From NCBI GenBank assembly GCA_034780895.1, contig JAUZTB010000107.1, forward strand, positions 71,082,470-71,146,469: 64,000 nt of DNA, written 5' to 3'. Both the position numbers and the translations under genes were made by a program. How positions within the stretch are numbered: the first letter of the stretch is position 1; each line of letters opens with the position of its first letter. Shown here piece by piece: positions 23,921 to 37,007 of the stretch. Under the pieces are notes generated by a model. It had not been told where the DNA came from, ran no database searches, and saw only the letters and a list, made by a program, of their open reading frames with translations. Source of the stretch: Rhynchobatus australiae (lineage: Eukaryota).

Positions 23921-26900
23921 CTGCAGTGGGACCCTCTGACTCACCTGCTGCAGGATACAGCTGGTGCCCTACTACACTCCCGGGCTTCTTTGTGCAGCTC
24001 CCCCAGGGTCCTTCCAACCACCAGCTTCGGCCATTGGCCTCACTCACTGCCACTGGCGTTGGTATAGCATCAACTCTTCCAATAGGACCGCTGGTGCACC
24101 TATTATTGGATTGAAAAGCCGTTGTGAGTCAGAAGGAAGTATTTCACACAATGTGCCACTTCGGGTGGTGGTTTGAATCTGCAATAACTGCGGAAAACTC
24201 GACAAAAGAAACTAAACAAGAAAGTCGCAGGTTGGAGTCCAAGGTTAAAGTAGGCAGTTACAGAAATATCAATTTTAATGGGGTGAGATTAGATCTTGCC
24301 TGGGTTAAATGGAATTAAAGCTTCACACAACGAACTGTATTTTAACAATGAGGATCATTTAGGAGAGGGATTCTTCAGCTACATTCTAGTTATATTCCCA
24401 AAAAAGGAAAGAAAGAGAAAGTGCCCCACAGATGGGATTTATACCAAACAATTTAGACCACAATTATTTTGGTGAGAACTTGTTCTGATGAGATGTTTAC
24501 TTCGAATGACTATATTTTCTTTAAAACTAACCAACATTATATAAAACTTTACATATGCTTCTGAATTAATGTTCAAATACAACTTAATAGCACTGTAATC
24601 TAATATTGAATACAAAAGATTCATTAGAAATGATACAAAAAGATTGGCAAACTATATATTTAGTTTTCACATTTGCACTCAACTATATCATTAGTCTGCA
24701 CAGAGACGTAATTAGGTTAATGATTAAGTTGAAAAGCCCTATGTTAATGAAGTTTTCCATTTAAATATCCTACATTAGATACAATAAAGATACCCTCTAT
24801 TTAATCGGTGTAAGCCAAAAACATAGAGCTTTGATCCCCGTTGTTAAAAGGCAATAACAATAGAAGTTCAGCAACAAGGGGCAGAGCTACTGGCCCCTCT
24901 TCACACAACAATAGCATCAGCATCAACAAACAAGCACTTGATCAATATTTGGCCAAGGCAACTGAAAAGTTTCTTTACAGATTTTAATTCCAGGTTGTAA
25001 AACAGCTGTAGGGCAAAAAGGGACATAAAACTCCAGTGAATTCATTCGTGAAGAACCTTTCCTGCCTGCTTAGCATGTAGTAACTGCATGACCACAGCCA
25101 TCATCAGCAAATTCTGCTCCACAGGATTTCTCTGGGGATACAAACAGTGGCCAAACATAAGCATTTTAATTCAGCTTGTTGCAATTTATACAGATTTCAA
25201 AAATATGGTATTGTTTGACAAAGAAGTCAATGTTATTCTATGAACTCACTTGATCAAAATCGTACCATGTGTTCTAGGTACACTGAACACAAGAGACAAG
25301 ACTTTCATGTCATAATTGGTTGCTGGGTTTATTTATATCCTAAAGAGTTGCTTCAGATGAAACCTTAGCTTGTATTATAATTTACTACTTCATCTAACGT
25401 GAACTTTTGTTTGGGGAAACTAAACCAAACAAAATTAATGTTCACATGCAAAGGCTAAATATCAGCGTTTTACAATTCAGGATAACTTCTGGTATTAATT
25501 TGATACCCACATTACCAGCCAAAACATATTGTAAAAGAGAGAAATTTATCTTTTAGAATCAAATTTCATTTCTAATCAAAGCTTGTTGGCTTTATTTTAA
25601 TTCATCAAATTAAAATTGGCACAATGTGGAGCACAATTGTTCTTAAGTGATTTGAATTGCTTCACAGTGTGGAATTATTGTATCTATACAAATTGAAATT
25701 CTCTTAGATATGTATGCATTGATACAGCAGCTATATTTTCTTTGGAATAACTCCCAGTGAAATTGTTTGGTTTTGATCATACAGTGTTAAAAATTAGGAG
25801 ACTGATTATGACCAAAGGTGTATCAGTCAGTAATGCAACATTAAATGGCATCAATCTCTCCTCTGTCCCTTTAAAATACTGAAGAATATATCCTGTAAAA
25901 ATCATTAATGTGAAATTCTGATTCCTAATTTTAATTCCATTTTGTATATTTTATATCTCATTTTTATTCAAAGTTTATTTTTTATTGTACTCTGTTTCTC
26001 ACTATAGATCAGCACTTGTTGACATGCTTGTTACAAGTGAACTGGACCAATTGTTTTTGATATTCCAGTAATTGCTGTGTTGTGATCTATTTTTGTTGTG
26101 CTCAATATTTATGAAATTAAATTAATACTTTGCATTTCCTTTGCATGAAAAGCAATATTCACTATGTAATTCTTATTTTCTACTAAATTAACAATGAGTA
26201 AATATCTAGAAAAAATGTAATCAAAAGAAATGAGACAAAGTTTATTTTGTAACAGATGATATGATTAAACCTCATGCTTTAAATGTCTTACAAATAAAAC
26301 AAAGAACAGAATATAAGCTGTTTAATTTTAACTTTTACATTCAAATTATAAAACCTACAAACAAATTGATCTGAAAAATACTGGGTTGTAAACTATTGAC
26401 TGTAATATACAAAGCTTCACTAATACACCCTAGCAATCAAATGCCTACTGGCAGATACAGACTGATGCCGTCACCATGTGGCATTACATTGCAGTGTCTT
26501 GTGAGTGATGGGAGCATGAAATCTACCTCTGGAGGGGTGAAATTTCACGCTGGTAATTAGACAGGCCTATGTGACCAATTTCACTCCACTACAGAATCCA
26601 CACCAGGTTCCAGCTTATTTAATGTGAACAATAAAACAATTACACCGGGTCTTGCTTTGGCTCAAGAATTTCAGAATCTTTCATATCTTCTCATCACGTC
26701 AGAACATTGCTGAATTAATGGACAAAATACAGTTGACTCCATTTATAAAGCCCAGAGGAGGAATACCTGGATGTACTTAACCTAGTATCTGAAACACCTT
26801 GGTATGCATTTACAAATACTGTTCCTTTCCTCTTCCCTCATCTTGAAGTTGTTAACCTTCTGAGTTCAGATTCCCAATTATGCCTCACCTACATGGTCAT

Positions 26901-26949
26901 TTGTCTTGCCTGAATCTAGACAGTTGGTGATAGCAAACCATTCAACTGT

Positions 26950-27110
26950 AGGCACAAGAGACTGCCGATGCTGGAACCTGGAGCGAAAAAAAAACAAACT
27001 GCTGGAGGAACTCAGCGGGTCAGGCAGCATCTGTGGAGGGAAAGGGACAGTCAACATTTTGTGTCCAGACCCATCCAGTCCAGATGAAAGGCTGGACGGG
27101 TCTCGACCCC
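26950..27110 (+). mobile_element. Penelope-like unit (single arm) ending at a hammerhead-like segment
   Basis: cacaagagactgccgatgctggaa…gaggaactcagcgggtcaggcagcatc…gggtctcgaccc. Confidence 0.65.
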
Positions 27111-28739
27111 ATTAAACCTGGGACTATTTTGTCTGTGTGGTTTAGTTACACATTGCCTTTTTCAAATGAATTGTCAGTAAATATTAACAAACTGAGTACA
27201 TTAGCTGCGAGTTTTGTAATTCAAGGTGCATTTTGTCCCTTTTTCTGTATATCTTCCTAAACTCCAGTGTTACAACGTATATTACTATCTTCCTTTCCCA
27301 CAATTTTTCAGAAGTTCCGTAACAAACTCTTTCTTGCGTGCAATGTCGCTTGGTTAAAATTCTTTCGTTGCTAGCCAGGAAACAAGCATGCCTTTATGTA
27401 ACGCCTGTCGCATGTGTTGCTACATAGGCAATGCACAGTAGCTACCTCGCCCGGGACAAAGAGAAATGACCAGCTTATCTGGTGTGAGGTTGTCGATCAA
27501 TTTCCTCAGGGATTCCGCCAACCGATTGGACGAAATACCATGCAAACACGGCACAAGAGCATGTCATGCTCAGGGGACGATTTCCATCATCTTATCGGAA
27601 AGACAGCATACGCAACAATGCAGCACTCTGTTAGTCCTGCAGATGAATGTAATCACCTCCTGGGACTTTCGCCTCCTAATGCAATTGAACTGCTTGGACA
27701 GCACACTTTAAAAATATCCAATTAAATGGGCGCGAGGCCGTAAGATCGTGATAACCAAAACAGGCTTTTGATTTCTGAGAAAAAAAATCTATCGTTTAAT
27801 GCCTACAAACTAAATTTCAGATTAAGTCGTTAACATAGCCTGAGCAACTACAGAGAGCGGGGAACATCTGGTGACACACAACTAAGTGAAACCGTACTGG
27901 GGCCATTGTTTTTGTTTGTAATTGTTATCTTACCGATACAGATATAATTCGTTTATTTTATTTGTGTGAGAAACTGATAAGTGTGATTGGCTGGAAGGAA
28001 AACTGCCCGAGGAGTCGTGAAAAGCTTGTCATGTCTGCATCCACGAAATGTATGCTAATTTTACATTTTTTTTAATTTTTTAACGAATTGCACATAAAAG
28101 GTAGACTTGTGTACAGCTAAGAGATGAATCAACGAGAGGATTTATTTTACTGCAATCCCGTTTACTTTGTCTCCTCAAAGCACTTACAGACGGAAATATA
28201 ATATTGGTCCGTGCACTTGTGTTTTACTAAGGGAGTCATCATGAGGGGACATTATATATCTGCTTGGGATAATAATCACAGCCCTCCCGTTCACGTCCAT
28301 CACCCCGCTCAACACAAGTACAAACCACCCATCGTCAGTTTTCATTCTTGTAACTCCCAGCACTTGGTTTGCCGCGTCATTCCGTACATCCTTTGCAAGC
28401 GGAGAAAGAAGCCTTATCTGATAGCATCGTGCTTTCAATCTGTTAGCTTTCCCTCATTCACCCTTATAGATCCCACTCTGTCACTTCGTGCACACCCAAG
28501 TGAATGAACGCAACTGTTAGTTGTAATCTTACATCTAAATATTAAGATAGGCTCCGGGAGTCGCGTGTCTGCAGTACAGTTATCAGCTGTCAGGAATTCT
28601 ATTACTACATGACCCAAAAATGCGTTGGCTCGTTCAAAACTTCCCACATTCCGCAAAACTTATTTCATCTCGTTCCCCTCTCGCTGCTTTACTTGTTAGT
28701 TGCTTCGAACAGCGGTCCCTGCGAGAGAGAAAAAAAGGG

Positions 28740-29150
28740 GACAGAAATTTCACGAATTTGCGCCCCGGGCGAATTGGGGGCGGGTCAGGGAGAGATGAAA
28801 GTGAGAAGAAATAAAAGGCTCGATTTAATCAGCTTTAAGAGGCTTCGGTCCGGGTTCTGATTGAATTTTGGACCTGCGCATGATTGCAGATAAATCGAGC
28901 TTGACCACGCCTGAAGCTGCGCGAAAACAGTGTCCCATTCAACGAAGAGCCGGCAACCTCAGTCACTTAAATACACTACTAAATCATTAAATATAGCCCC
29001 GGCAGAAACCCTTATAGCGACCCGTTTATATTTAAAACAAAATGGCTAACAGGGAGAATTAACCACGAGGCGAACTTTAGCAAGAGGGTTCTGCTCTAAT
29101 GGTTCTTAATTAGCCGACATGTGACAATAAAACCTTCGATGATGCATTAT
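28740..29150. promoter_or_regulatory. CpG-rich intronic regulatory candidate (GC box, inverted GCTCGATTTA/TAAATCGAGC pair)
   Basis: High local CpG density; GGGGGCGGG at ~28776; exact 10-bp inverted repeat at 28818-28827 and 28891-28900. Confidence 0.4.
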
Positions 29151-30939
29151 TTTTGATGTGTGGCCTTTTAAAAATGGCAAGACCAGCACGTTCGAGATTT
29201 GAAAGTTCACCTAAAGTTAGTTCCTACAAAACGATCCTTGACTACAAGCATGTTTTTAAACTTTTAAGATCCTTTTAGTAAATTACAATTATCTTTTATT
29301 CTGATCTCGTGAGTTTGTCAGCCGTGCCTGCACAAGATGTTGTTAGTAAGTGCAAACAGAGGCCTCTTCAAACCACTTGGAAGTTACAAGCAGCACACTC
29401 CATGGTCGAACGCCTCGGATCACCGTGTGTAGCTATGTAATGTTACCAGGGCTGTAGCGAGGGGCAAAAATCTNNNNNNNNNNCGTTTGTTTACCTGTGA
29501 ACCTAGGTTAATTACAACCTAAATTGTTTGCTGAAAAGATTAGAATGTAAAGGGCATTTTTTTTTCCTCTGTAATAACTTATTTCCCCCTGTAAACTAAT
29601 GATGCCGAAATGACGAGGCGGTCCTAGAATGAATACACTAACCTTTTACAAGTCTTGAGCCGCAATCTTTAACAAAATTAATTTGCAAGGCTGAACGTTA
29701 ATCTATTAACTATAAGGAAATCTCCGGCATTCTTAGCAGTTTTCTCTCCTCTGCTTCCAATCTAAGGCGAGCCCCTTAAATCAAAGACTTTACTCAATCG
29801 AATAGTGCCAATTGTATTTTGGTTTTGAATGACAGTCGGCATCTCACACGTCTAAAAAGATGGCAAAAGAAACATTTTGTAGGTGAAAATGGCTAGTTTT
29901 CCACGGTGGAAGCAGAGTCCATAAAACTCCAAGGACTGGCTGCTACTGGCGATCACTGAATAATTCATCCCTCATTGCAAGCCCATAATGTCTTTTCTCA
30001 GCCTTTTGTTTGGATGGTTTCTGTTCTTTTTTTTCCCTGAATTACAAAAAGGTTGCCTTCTTTTGTTGCGACCAAGCTGTCACTGGCATAGGCTTTGTCC
30101 TTCCAAGCCTAAAGTGTAACTTTCAATGGACTCACGCTTCTTTGTTTTCCAAGTTCATCTCCAAGTGTGGATTGTGTATTCAAGGACCTCTTTGTATAGC
30201 TGGAAAAGTTGTACAAATGTTTGACCAGCTCATTTGGTCGTTTTTGTCTACTCAAGATCCTATTTGCAGCGAATTTCGCGCAGGTCTATGGACTCCTGCA
30301 ACAAGCGACACTTTGTGTCAAAGCTTGTGCGCAAGGCTAATGCTAAAAAGGACTTAAATTTATCCACTCTCTCCAAGAGTTTTCCAGTCTGTTTTTTACA
30401 TAGGTTCGATGTTTTGATTAACAAATCATGTCTTTGCGAAAAGGTACTTTGTTAGCGGGGGAAAAAAAGATAATCAAAACGCAACAATGCCCAACAAGTT
30501 AGAACGAGGCACTGCCATACCTTTTCATTGTTATTAAGATCCATAAAGGAGCTCGTTAAGTACACAATCAGGATAATTCAAATGTTGAATATAGTATATT
30601 AATCAAATCAATAAACACTGCCGACTGTAAACGAGCTATCACGCTTCATGAATCAGGTCACAGCTTCACAGTCGCCTTTAGCTCCCTGCGAGTCCCATGG
30701 ACACTGAGGCAATCTTTCAGAGCCACTTTTCTGACGCGATTTCACACACACAAAAAATCAGGAAATTGACACTTCTGCGTTGCACATATGTATGGCCAAA
30801 TCTCGTGTCGATAGGGGAAAATGTGTTTTCCGAATAAATGATAATATTTTGTAACTGATGACGACATGTCTCTTATCAGAGCACAGTAGGAAATATAATT
30901 GGAGTTGTGTCAGGATTCTGTTTTAATTCTTGCAACTAG

Positions 30940-31500
30940 GTATTATTGCAGCTGTATAAAACTTTATTTTTGCCACATGCGGAGTATTGTGTGCTGTTCT
31001 GGTCGTCACGCCATAGGAACGATGCGGAGGCTTCCGAGAGGGTGCAGGGCTGGTTTACCAGGCTCTTGCCTGGATTGAGGTGTATTAGCTGGAAGGAGAG
31101 TTTGGGAAAACTTGGATTGTTTTCGTTGGAGCGTCGGAAGCTGAAGAGTGACCTGGTAGATATATATAAAATTATGAGAGGAAAATATATGGTAGATTGT
31201 CAGAGTCTTTCTTTCCCGGGGCGGAGAGGTCAAATAGGAGAGGGCATGCGTTAAAGGTGAGAGGGGGAAAGTTTAAAGAAGGTGTGCGAGGCAATTTTTG
31301 TATATGTACAGGGGAGGTGGTAGAACCAGATACAAAAGCAACGATGAAGAGGCCCTTAGACAGACACATGAACAGGCAGGGAATAGAGAGATACGGACCA
31401 TGTGCAGGCATATGGGATTAGGACAGGTTGGCATTGTGGTCAACGAGGACATTGCGGGCCGAAGGGCCTCTTCCTCCGCTGCATTGGTCTATGTTCCACG
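30940..31500 (+). mobile_element. CR1 LINE 3' end (frameshifted), CpG-retaining
   Basis: LQLYKTLFLPHAEYCVLFWS…LGKLGLFSLERRKLKSDL…RGHALKVRGGKFK, plus CR1 tail. Confidence 0.9.
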
Positions 31501-31504
31501 ATAA

Positions 31505-32050
31505 TAAAATCCGGCTCCAACAGACAGGCCACGTCCGCCCCACGGGAGACTCCTCAACCACACGCTATTCCGAGCTTTGCCACGGCAAGAGATCCGGGTA
31601 GACAGACCAGAGACTCAAGGATGTTCTCAAAGCCTCCTTGAAAAAGTGCAACTTCCTCCTCGATTCCTGGGAATTCTTGGCCCATGACCGCTCCGAGCCG
31701 AGGACCATTACCGATGGCACCGAGACCCCCGAGTCCATGTAACCAGGGTAGAAGCGGCGGAAGGAACGCGCCGATCTTCCAAAATACCCATAATAAAGGA
31801 AGACGCTGGAAATACTCAACAAGTCAGGCACCATCTGAGAAAAAGAGAACAGAGATCCCGTTTCAGGCGCAGGATCTTATGCCTGGGACGTTAACTCTGT
31901 TTCTATTTCCATAGGTGCTGCCTGACCTGCTGAGTGTTTCCAGCATTTTCTGTTGTTATATCTGATTTCGCGCATCTGAGGCAATTCAATTTTCCCAAAA
32001 TACCCACCGCCCACCACACTTGGTATTTCCTGCCACACCATCAACTTCAG
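31505..32050 (+). mobile_element. RTE fragment interrupted by a palindromic Penelope-like unit (31791-31994) with 12-bp TSD
   Basis: RTE-like text (ttccgagctttgccacggcaagaga…ttcaaggatgttctcaaagcctcc); CCAAAATACCCA at 31779-31790 and 31995-32006. Confidence 0.7.
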
Positions 32051-32097
32051 GCCCTACTGAGACACAAGAGAGACTGTAGATGCTGGAAATCTGGAGC

Positions 32098-32099
<2 letters not shown>

Positions 32100-32135
<36 letters not shown>
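32100..32135. repeat. (CA)n microsatellite inside a Penelope-like arm, running into a gap
   Basis: Direct reading. Confidence 0.9.
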
Positions 32136-34560
32136 NNNNNNNNNNNNNNNNNNNNNNNNNNNNNNNNNNNNNNNNNNNNNNNNNNNNNNNNNNNNNNNNN
32201 NNNNNNNNNNNNNNNNNNNNNNNNNNNNNNNNNNNNNNNNNNNNNNNNNNNNNNNNNNNNNNNNNNNNNNNNNNNNNNNNNNNNNNNNNNNNNNNNNNNN
32301 NNNNNNNNNNNNNNNNNNNNNNNNNNNNNNNNNNNNNNNNNNNNNNNNNNNNNNNNNNNNNNNNNNNNNNNNNNCAGCCAGCCGTGGGATTTGTCATTTA
32401 CCTTCGAAGGTTGAGCATAGTTTGACCATCCTTCAGTTATCTCCTAAACAGGGGATAGTTGCGATTTTCGAGCGAAGCAATCATGAAAATAAAACGTTAT
32501 CGCGTGTTTTAAAAACATAAGTTGTCCCTATGTAAGCGTGCCCGAAATATATTAGCGAACCTTAAAAGAACCGAACACTTCATAGTTTCAATCTGAAATA
32601 CAAACTATAATTGAAGATTGATTTCTTGGGGCACCTTTTATTGGGGGGGGAGGGGGGAAGATATCCCGAGTTGCTGATTAGTGAGATGAAAAAATATGAT
32701 CGTGTACTTAGGTCTCAAAGGGTTAAATCGACTCACCTCCTAACTCCCAAGAAAGAAAGCAGTCTGTCGAATGTCAAAAATAATGTCTGTTCCTTATTTC
32801 TAATGCGCTCGTTGGTACTTTTCAGTTAGGGTAAAGTCGGTAAAGTTCTGTATTGCTAAGGATGTATAGAGAGGAAGTATTGGGTGGATTTCACCGATAC
32901 TTCCTGAAATGCAATCTTCAATTGACAATTTCAGAACATTGTTGGTGACGATCAAGTATATATACAAAAGTCACCACGCGGAATATTTCCCTTAATTACA
33001 GCTTGGAATTGAGTTGAAACGTTTAAAAAGCGGCATCAGAAGTTTAGCTTTCGTCTTGTTACACACCAGAGCCAGAGAGGGTGGAATTCACTGTAAATGT
33101 CTTTAGAAAGCTCGATTTTCTTTAAGTATCTCGTTTCTCGTTATTAGTATATAATTTAACGCTTTCCAAATATTATATAATTAAAGACAATTCGAATCAC
33201 ATCTGCACCGGATCACTTCCAATTTTCGGATGTCGTTGAAACATAATTAGCCAATTTTGGTCCAGTTTTGATGTAACACCATGTTGAAATTAGCCCGGGT
33301 GTCCTCTCACAGATATAGAGAGATTTGTCCCCTCATCCGACGCATTTATCATTACATTTCACATTGTTCAGTACATTCCATTGGCACAGTTGTCTGGTTA
33401 AAATAATACCATCGAAAATAATAGCGTCTAATTTTAATAAATTTACATTATGTTAAATGTTACGACCATGATCTTATTCGATTATCTGAAACATTCTTCA
33501 TCTTCGAAAACTGGTTGTAAGTTCACGAAAATGAAGACAAATTTGCAAAGTGAAGACCTTTTTTAAAAATACTGCAACCACAAACGTTTAAGGAGTAGAT
33601 TATAGTTTAAAACAATAATGTTTGGTCTGTGAAATCGACACTAAANNNNNNNNNNNNNNNNNNNNNNNNNNNNNNNNNNNNNNNNNNNNNNNNNNNNNNN
33701 NNNNNNNNNNNNNNNNNNNNNNNNNNNNNNNNNNNNTTTGCATATATTATCTGCGATCTATACTTGATTTCTGTATCATTTAATTTAACAGGAATTTAGC
33801 AATAACAAAGTGAAGTCCTCCAACAAACGTAATCTGTTGATTTTCCTGATGGAATAGACACACAAAGTGATTCTATATGGTAATATCGTTCTGTAATAAT
33901 CAATAAAAATGGTCTACACTGATAATCCATGCAACAATATTAAGCCTACTCTTCTGCCAGCATTCTCTGGAAGTCAATGAAATTGCAGTCAGATGGTAAA
34001 CGTTGAAAAACATCTGTTTATCTTTGCGCACAACGAAGCGGCAAACGATCAACAGGTTGTGGTGCTGATAGGGCTGTCCTGGTTATATTTCGCAACTTTG
34101 ATATCGCCGCCCTTTGCTAAGCTTGTTCAATTGTTTTAACACTTTGGCGTAAACTTTACCACCTGAACAAGCTCAATAAAACTCACAGGGTGAAATAAAA
34201 GCAATACTTCCGTCCACTTTCCCTCACTCCGGGAAATACCAGAACCGCAAAACAAAGCTAAGGGCGCCTAGACATTTGCAGCTGGAGGCAACTATGCTCG
34301 TGGTCATTCCGCTGAAACCTCCAAAGGACACCGTGACTGTTTCTACCCCAGTGTTGGGTAAATGAACTTTCATTTATAGTTGTAGTAGTTTTTGGTTCAA
34401 AACTGTACGACCGTCTTTTTTGCCCAAAATATGTAAATGATACACATTTTCGGATTCTTTAATTCACATCTATAAAAATTATAAAGTGTCGACACAAATA
34501 TTAACACATTTTAATCACCAAAAAAACCGTACGAATGATTTCATATATTCCACCTCTTAC

Positions 34561-34695
34561 CCTTATCAGCCAGAATCCCGTCAATACTGTGCTTGGTTTT
34601 TTTATCGCCATCTTCATAGTCTTTTCTTCCACAATCTTCCTCTTCGTCTTCTTTCTTTCCGAATTTACTCCTCAGGATCCGGCTTATTGAACTCA
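34561..34695 (-). CDS. pax3: Pax3/7-family gene, exon 4 ([45 protein letters not shown]), end of paired domain, acidic linker and octapeptide HSIDGILA
   Basis: ORF 34541..34729; 135 nt as in PAX3; AAG acceptor, GTAAG donor at 34560-34556; octapeptide present. Confidence 0.95.
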
Positions 34696-35230
34696 CTTGT
34701 TTGGAAGAAATGGTTAATAAAATGAACAAAATGTTTCAAGTTCTTGTGCAATATTACATTGATAAAACAGAATTCCGGAACACTGAGTTCAATCATTCAT
34801 TTATAATTTGGGATGAAGCGATTATATTTTACTTTCATACATTAAAAATAATCAAACGGACGCATCTCTCAAGGGAAACATTACATTCATGATCAACGCC
34901 ATCGCAAAAAGCACATTCAGATTCCTGCAAATACCGCCTTTCTAAGACATGGACAGTACTCAGTTTTAGCACCGCGAATTGTTTCCTGACATTTTTTAAT
35001 AATAATAAGTTAAAGGACCATAGAAATAGTATTTTCCAGTTTGAGGCGTTGAAATAATTTATTAACACCATGAGGTGTAGTTTCCTTTATTATTAGTTGT
35101 GCAGCTGGACGTCATTTATATTTGCAGCAAATTTCATGTTTATGTGAAATAAGAGTAGTTATGTTTGCATGTTAATCACAGTATTGTTTGATTTATTTCA
35201 ATTCGCACAGATCTCAAATGTTGGACCAAC

Positions 35231-35360
35231 CTGAGGGAATGGTATTCCGATCACACATGCCGTCTTTCAATAACTTATCCCGGATTTCCCAGCTAAACAT
35301 TCCAGGATTCTCTTTCTTGTATTCTTCGATCTTTTTTTCAACGTCTGGTATTGCCATTTG
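35231..35360 (-). CDS. pax3: Pax3/7-family gene, exon 3 ([43 protein letters not shown]), paired RED subdomain
   Basis: 130 nt, the same length as PAX3 exon 3. Pyrimidine tract plus AAG acceptor, GTTGGT donor, phases 0/1 compatible with neighbouring exons. Confidence 0.95.
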
Positions 35361-36863
35361 CTTCATTGGAAATGTTATGACAAGAAAGAAGACAAAATAT
35401 TATTTACAGCTTTGCTTCATCGCGACTGGTAAACTAATCCATTGCAGAGACATTCCGACATGAAAATCTAATATAGCAGTAATTTCTACTCAATTTCTAA
35501 TTACTCAAAACACAGTAGTTCCTCTATAACAATTCCTTATACGAATCCTGGGGGAAAAAAATCCTGTTAAATTCATCGTAGCAAACAAAACTAAACACGT
35601 GATATAATTTTCACATGGAATATATAATACTTCATTTGGGCATAATTGTCGGACACGCAGATATGGTTCATGGTCGAAACTTTATGAAATTGACTTCCAG
35701 TGAACGAAAGTCACACTGCACCCAAGAAAAGGTTTTATTGATTGGTAACTTCACTGCAAATCGGTACTTGAACTTTGCGGTCACGTTTATTGAAAATGCG
35801 AAGTAACCGAAGTACAATTCCTGTGTTTAATGACCTATATTACGATAATTGCTGGCCATTACAACCTGCGTGTTTAATTGTCTGTGTCAGAACCACCGAC
35901 ATTAAAGATTGAATTATGAATCAAGGAATGGTGTTTTCTCGATTATAAATATGACATTGGCCACCCCGAATAGCTGCGATGCACTAACCGGCAGTTTCGT
36001 CTAAAACGCAACCCCCCCCGTTGGAGCAGTTTTGTTAAAATCCATCTAAATTGTTCAAGATATCCTTTCATCTGACATGTTTAAATATGTAACATCGTAC
36101 ACCAAAAAGTTAAGTAAATGTCTGTTTCTGGGTGTGCACAACGCAAATATTGCCAATGTTCACGTGTTTAATATAGACAATATAAGAGGAATAAGGAAAT
36201 GGATCGATTATACTGGTTTTAATAAACCCTGTTACCAAATTGAAAATTGTATTTAGCGTTACTATTTTGGTAATATTCAAATTATGAATCCAATGTATAA
36301 ATATATCACTCCTTGGGCAATCTAAACTAATCAAATCCAATTGTTACAGGTACCTTCATTACTGTTACAAGTTTTATTATCTTGACTTTTTTGGCTGCTG
36401 AAAGTTCTTAACAAATACTAGTTTCAGTTGATCAAATTTATGTAACTTCTAACAGAAAACTGAGAATGCACGGAACTAAAAAGCACTGCCATGTTGTCAA
36501 AGTATCATATTGTAAAAGCTACTAAAAGTTTAGTTAATTTTTAAAAGCGATCGATTAGATCAAATTATCTGCAGTACCTCGATTGTGACAGGCGTCTCTG
36601 AGTATTGCACATGTACGCGTAACTACAGATGGAAGTGGGGCAGATTCTACAAAAGCAAAATTTGGTTTACAGTTTTAAAAATGATACATCACTATAATCC
36701 TCAGGTGGTTTTGGTCGATTTAACTGTCTGCATGTGAAGAGCCTTTGAGAAACACTCACAGATAGTAGCGCCATCCGTTCGCTTCGGAGAGGAACCGTAA
36801 CAACGCCTTTCGTGACGCTGTAGCTCTATTAACCAAGTTGTAATACAGAATACATTTTCTTTA

Positions 36864-37007
<144 letters not shown>

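Larger units (their letters stand above)
1..34560 (-). other. Presumed long intron 4 of the Pax3/7 gene (homeobox exon not found in window)
   Basis: No RKQRRSRTTF-type exon recognised by eye. PAX3/PAX7 intron 4 is typically tens of kb. The exon could also be hidden in an N-gap. Confidence 0.7.

Noticed and set aside
1-34500. Homeobox exon 5 or a nested gene in the intron
   Set aside because: No RKQRRSRTTF/WFSNRR-like or other recognisable exon was found by eye; the short ORFs look random or repeat-derived. Gaps could still hide one.
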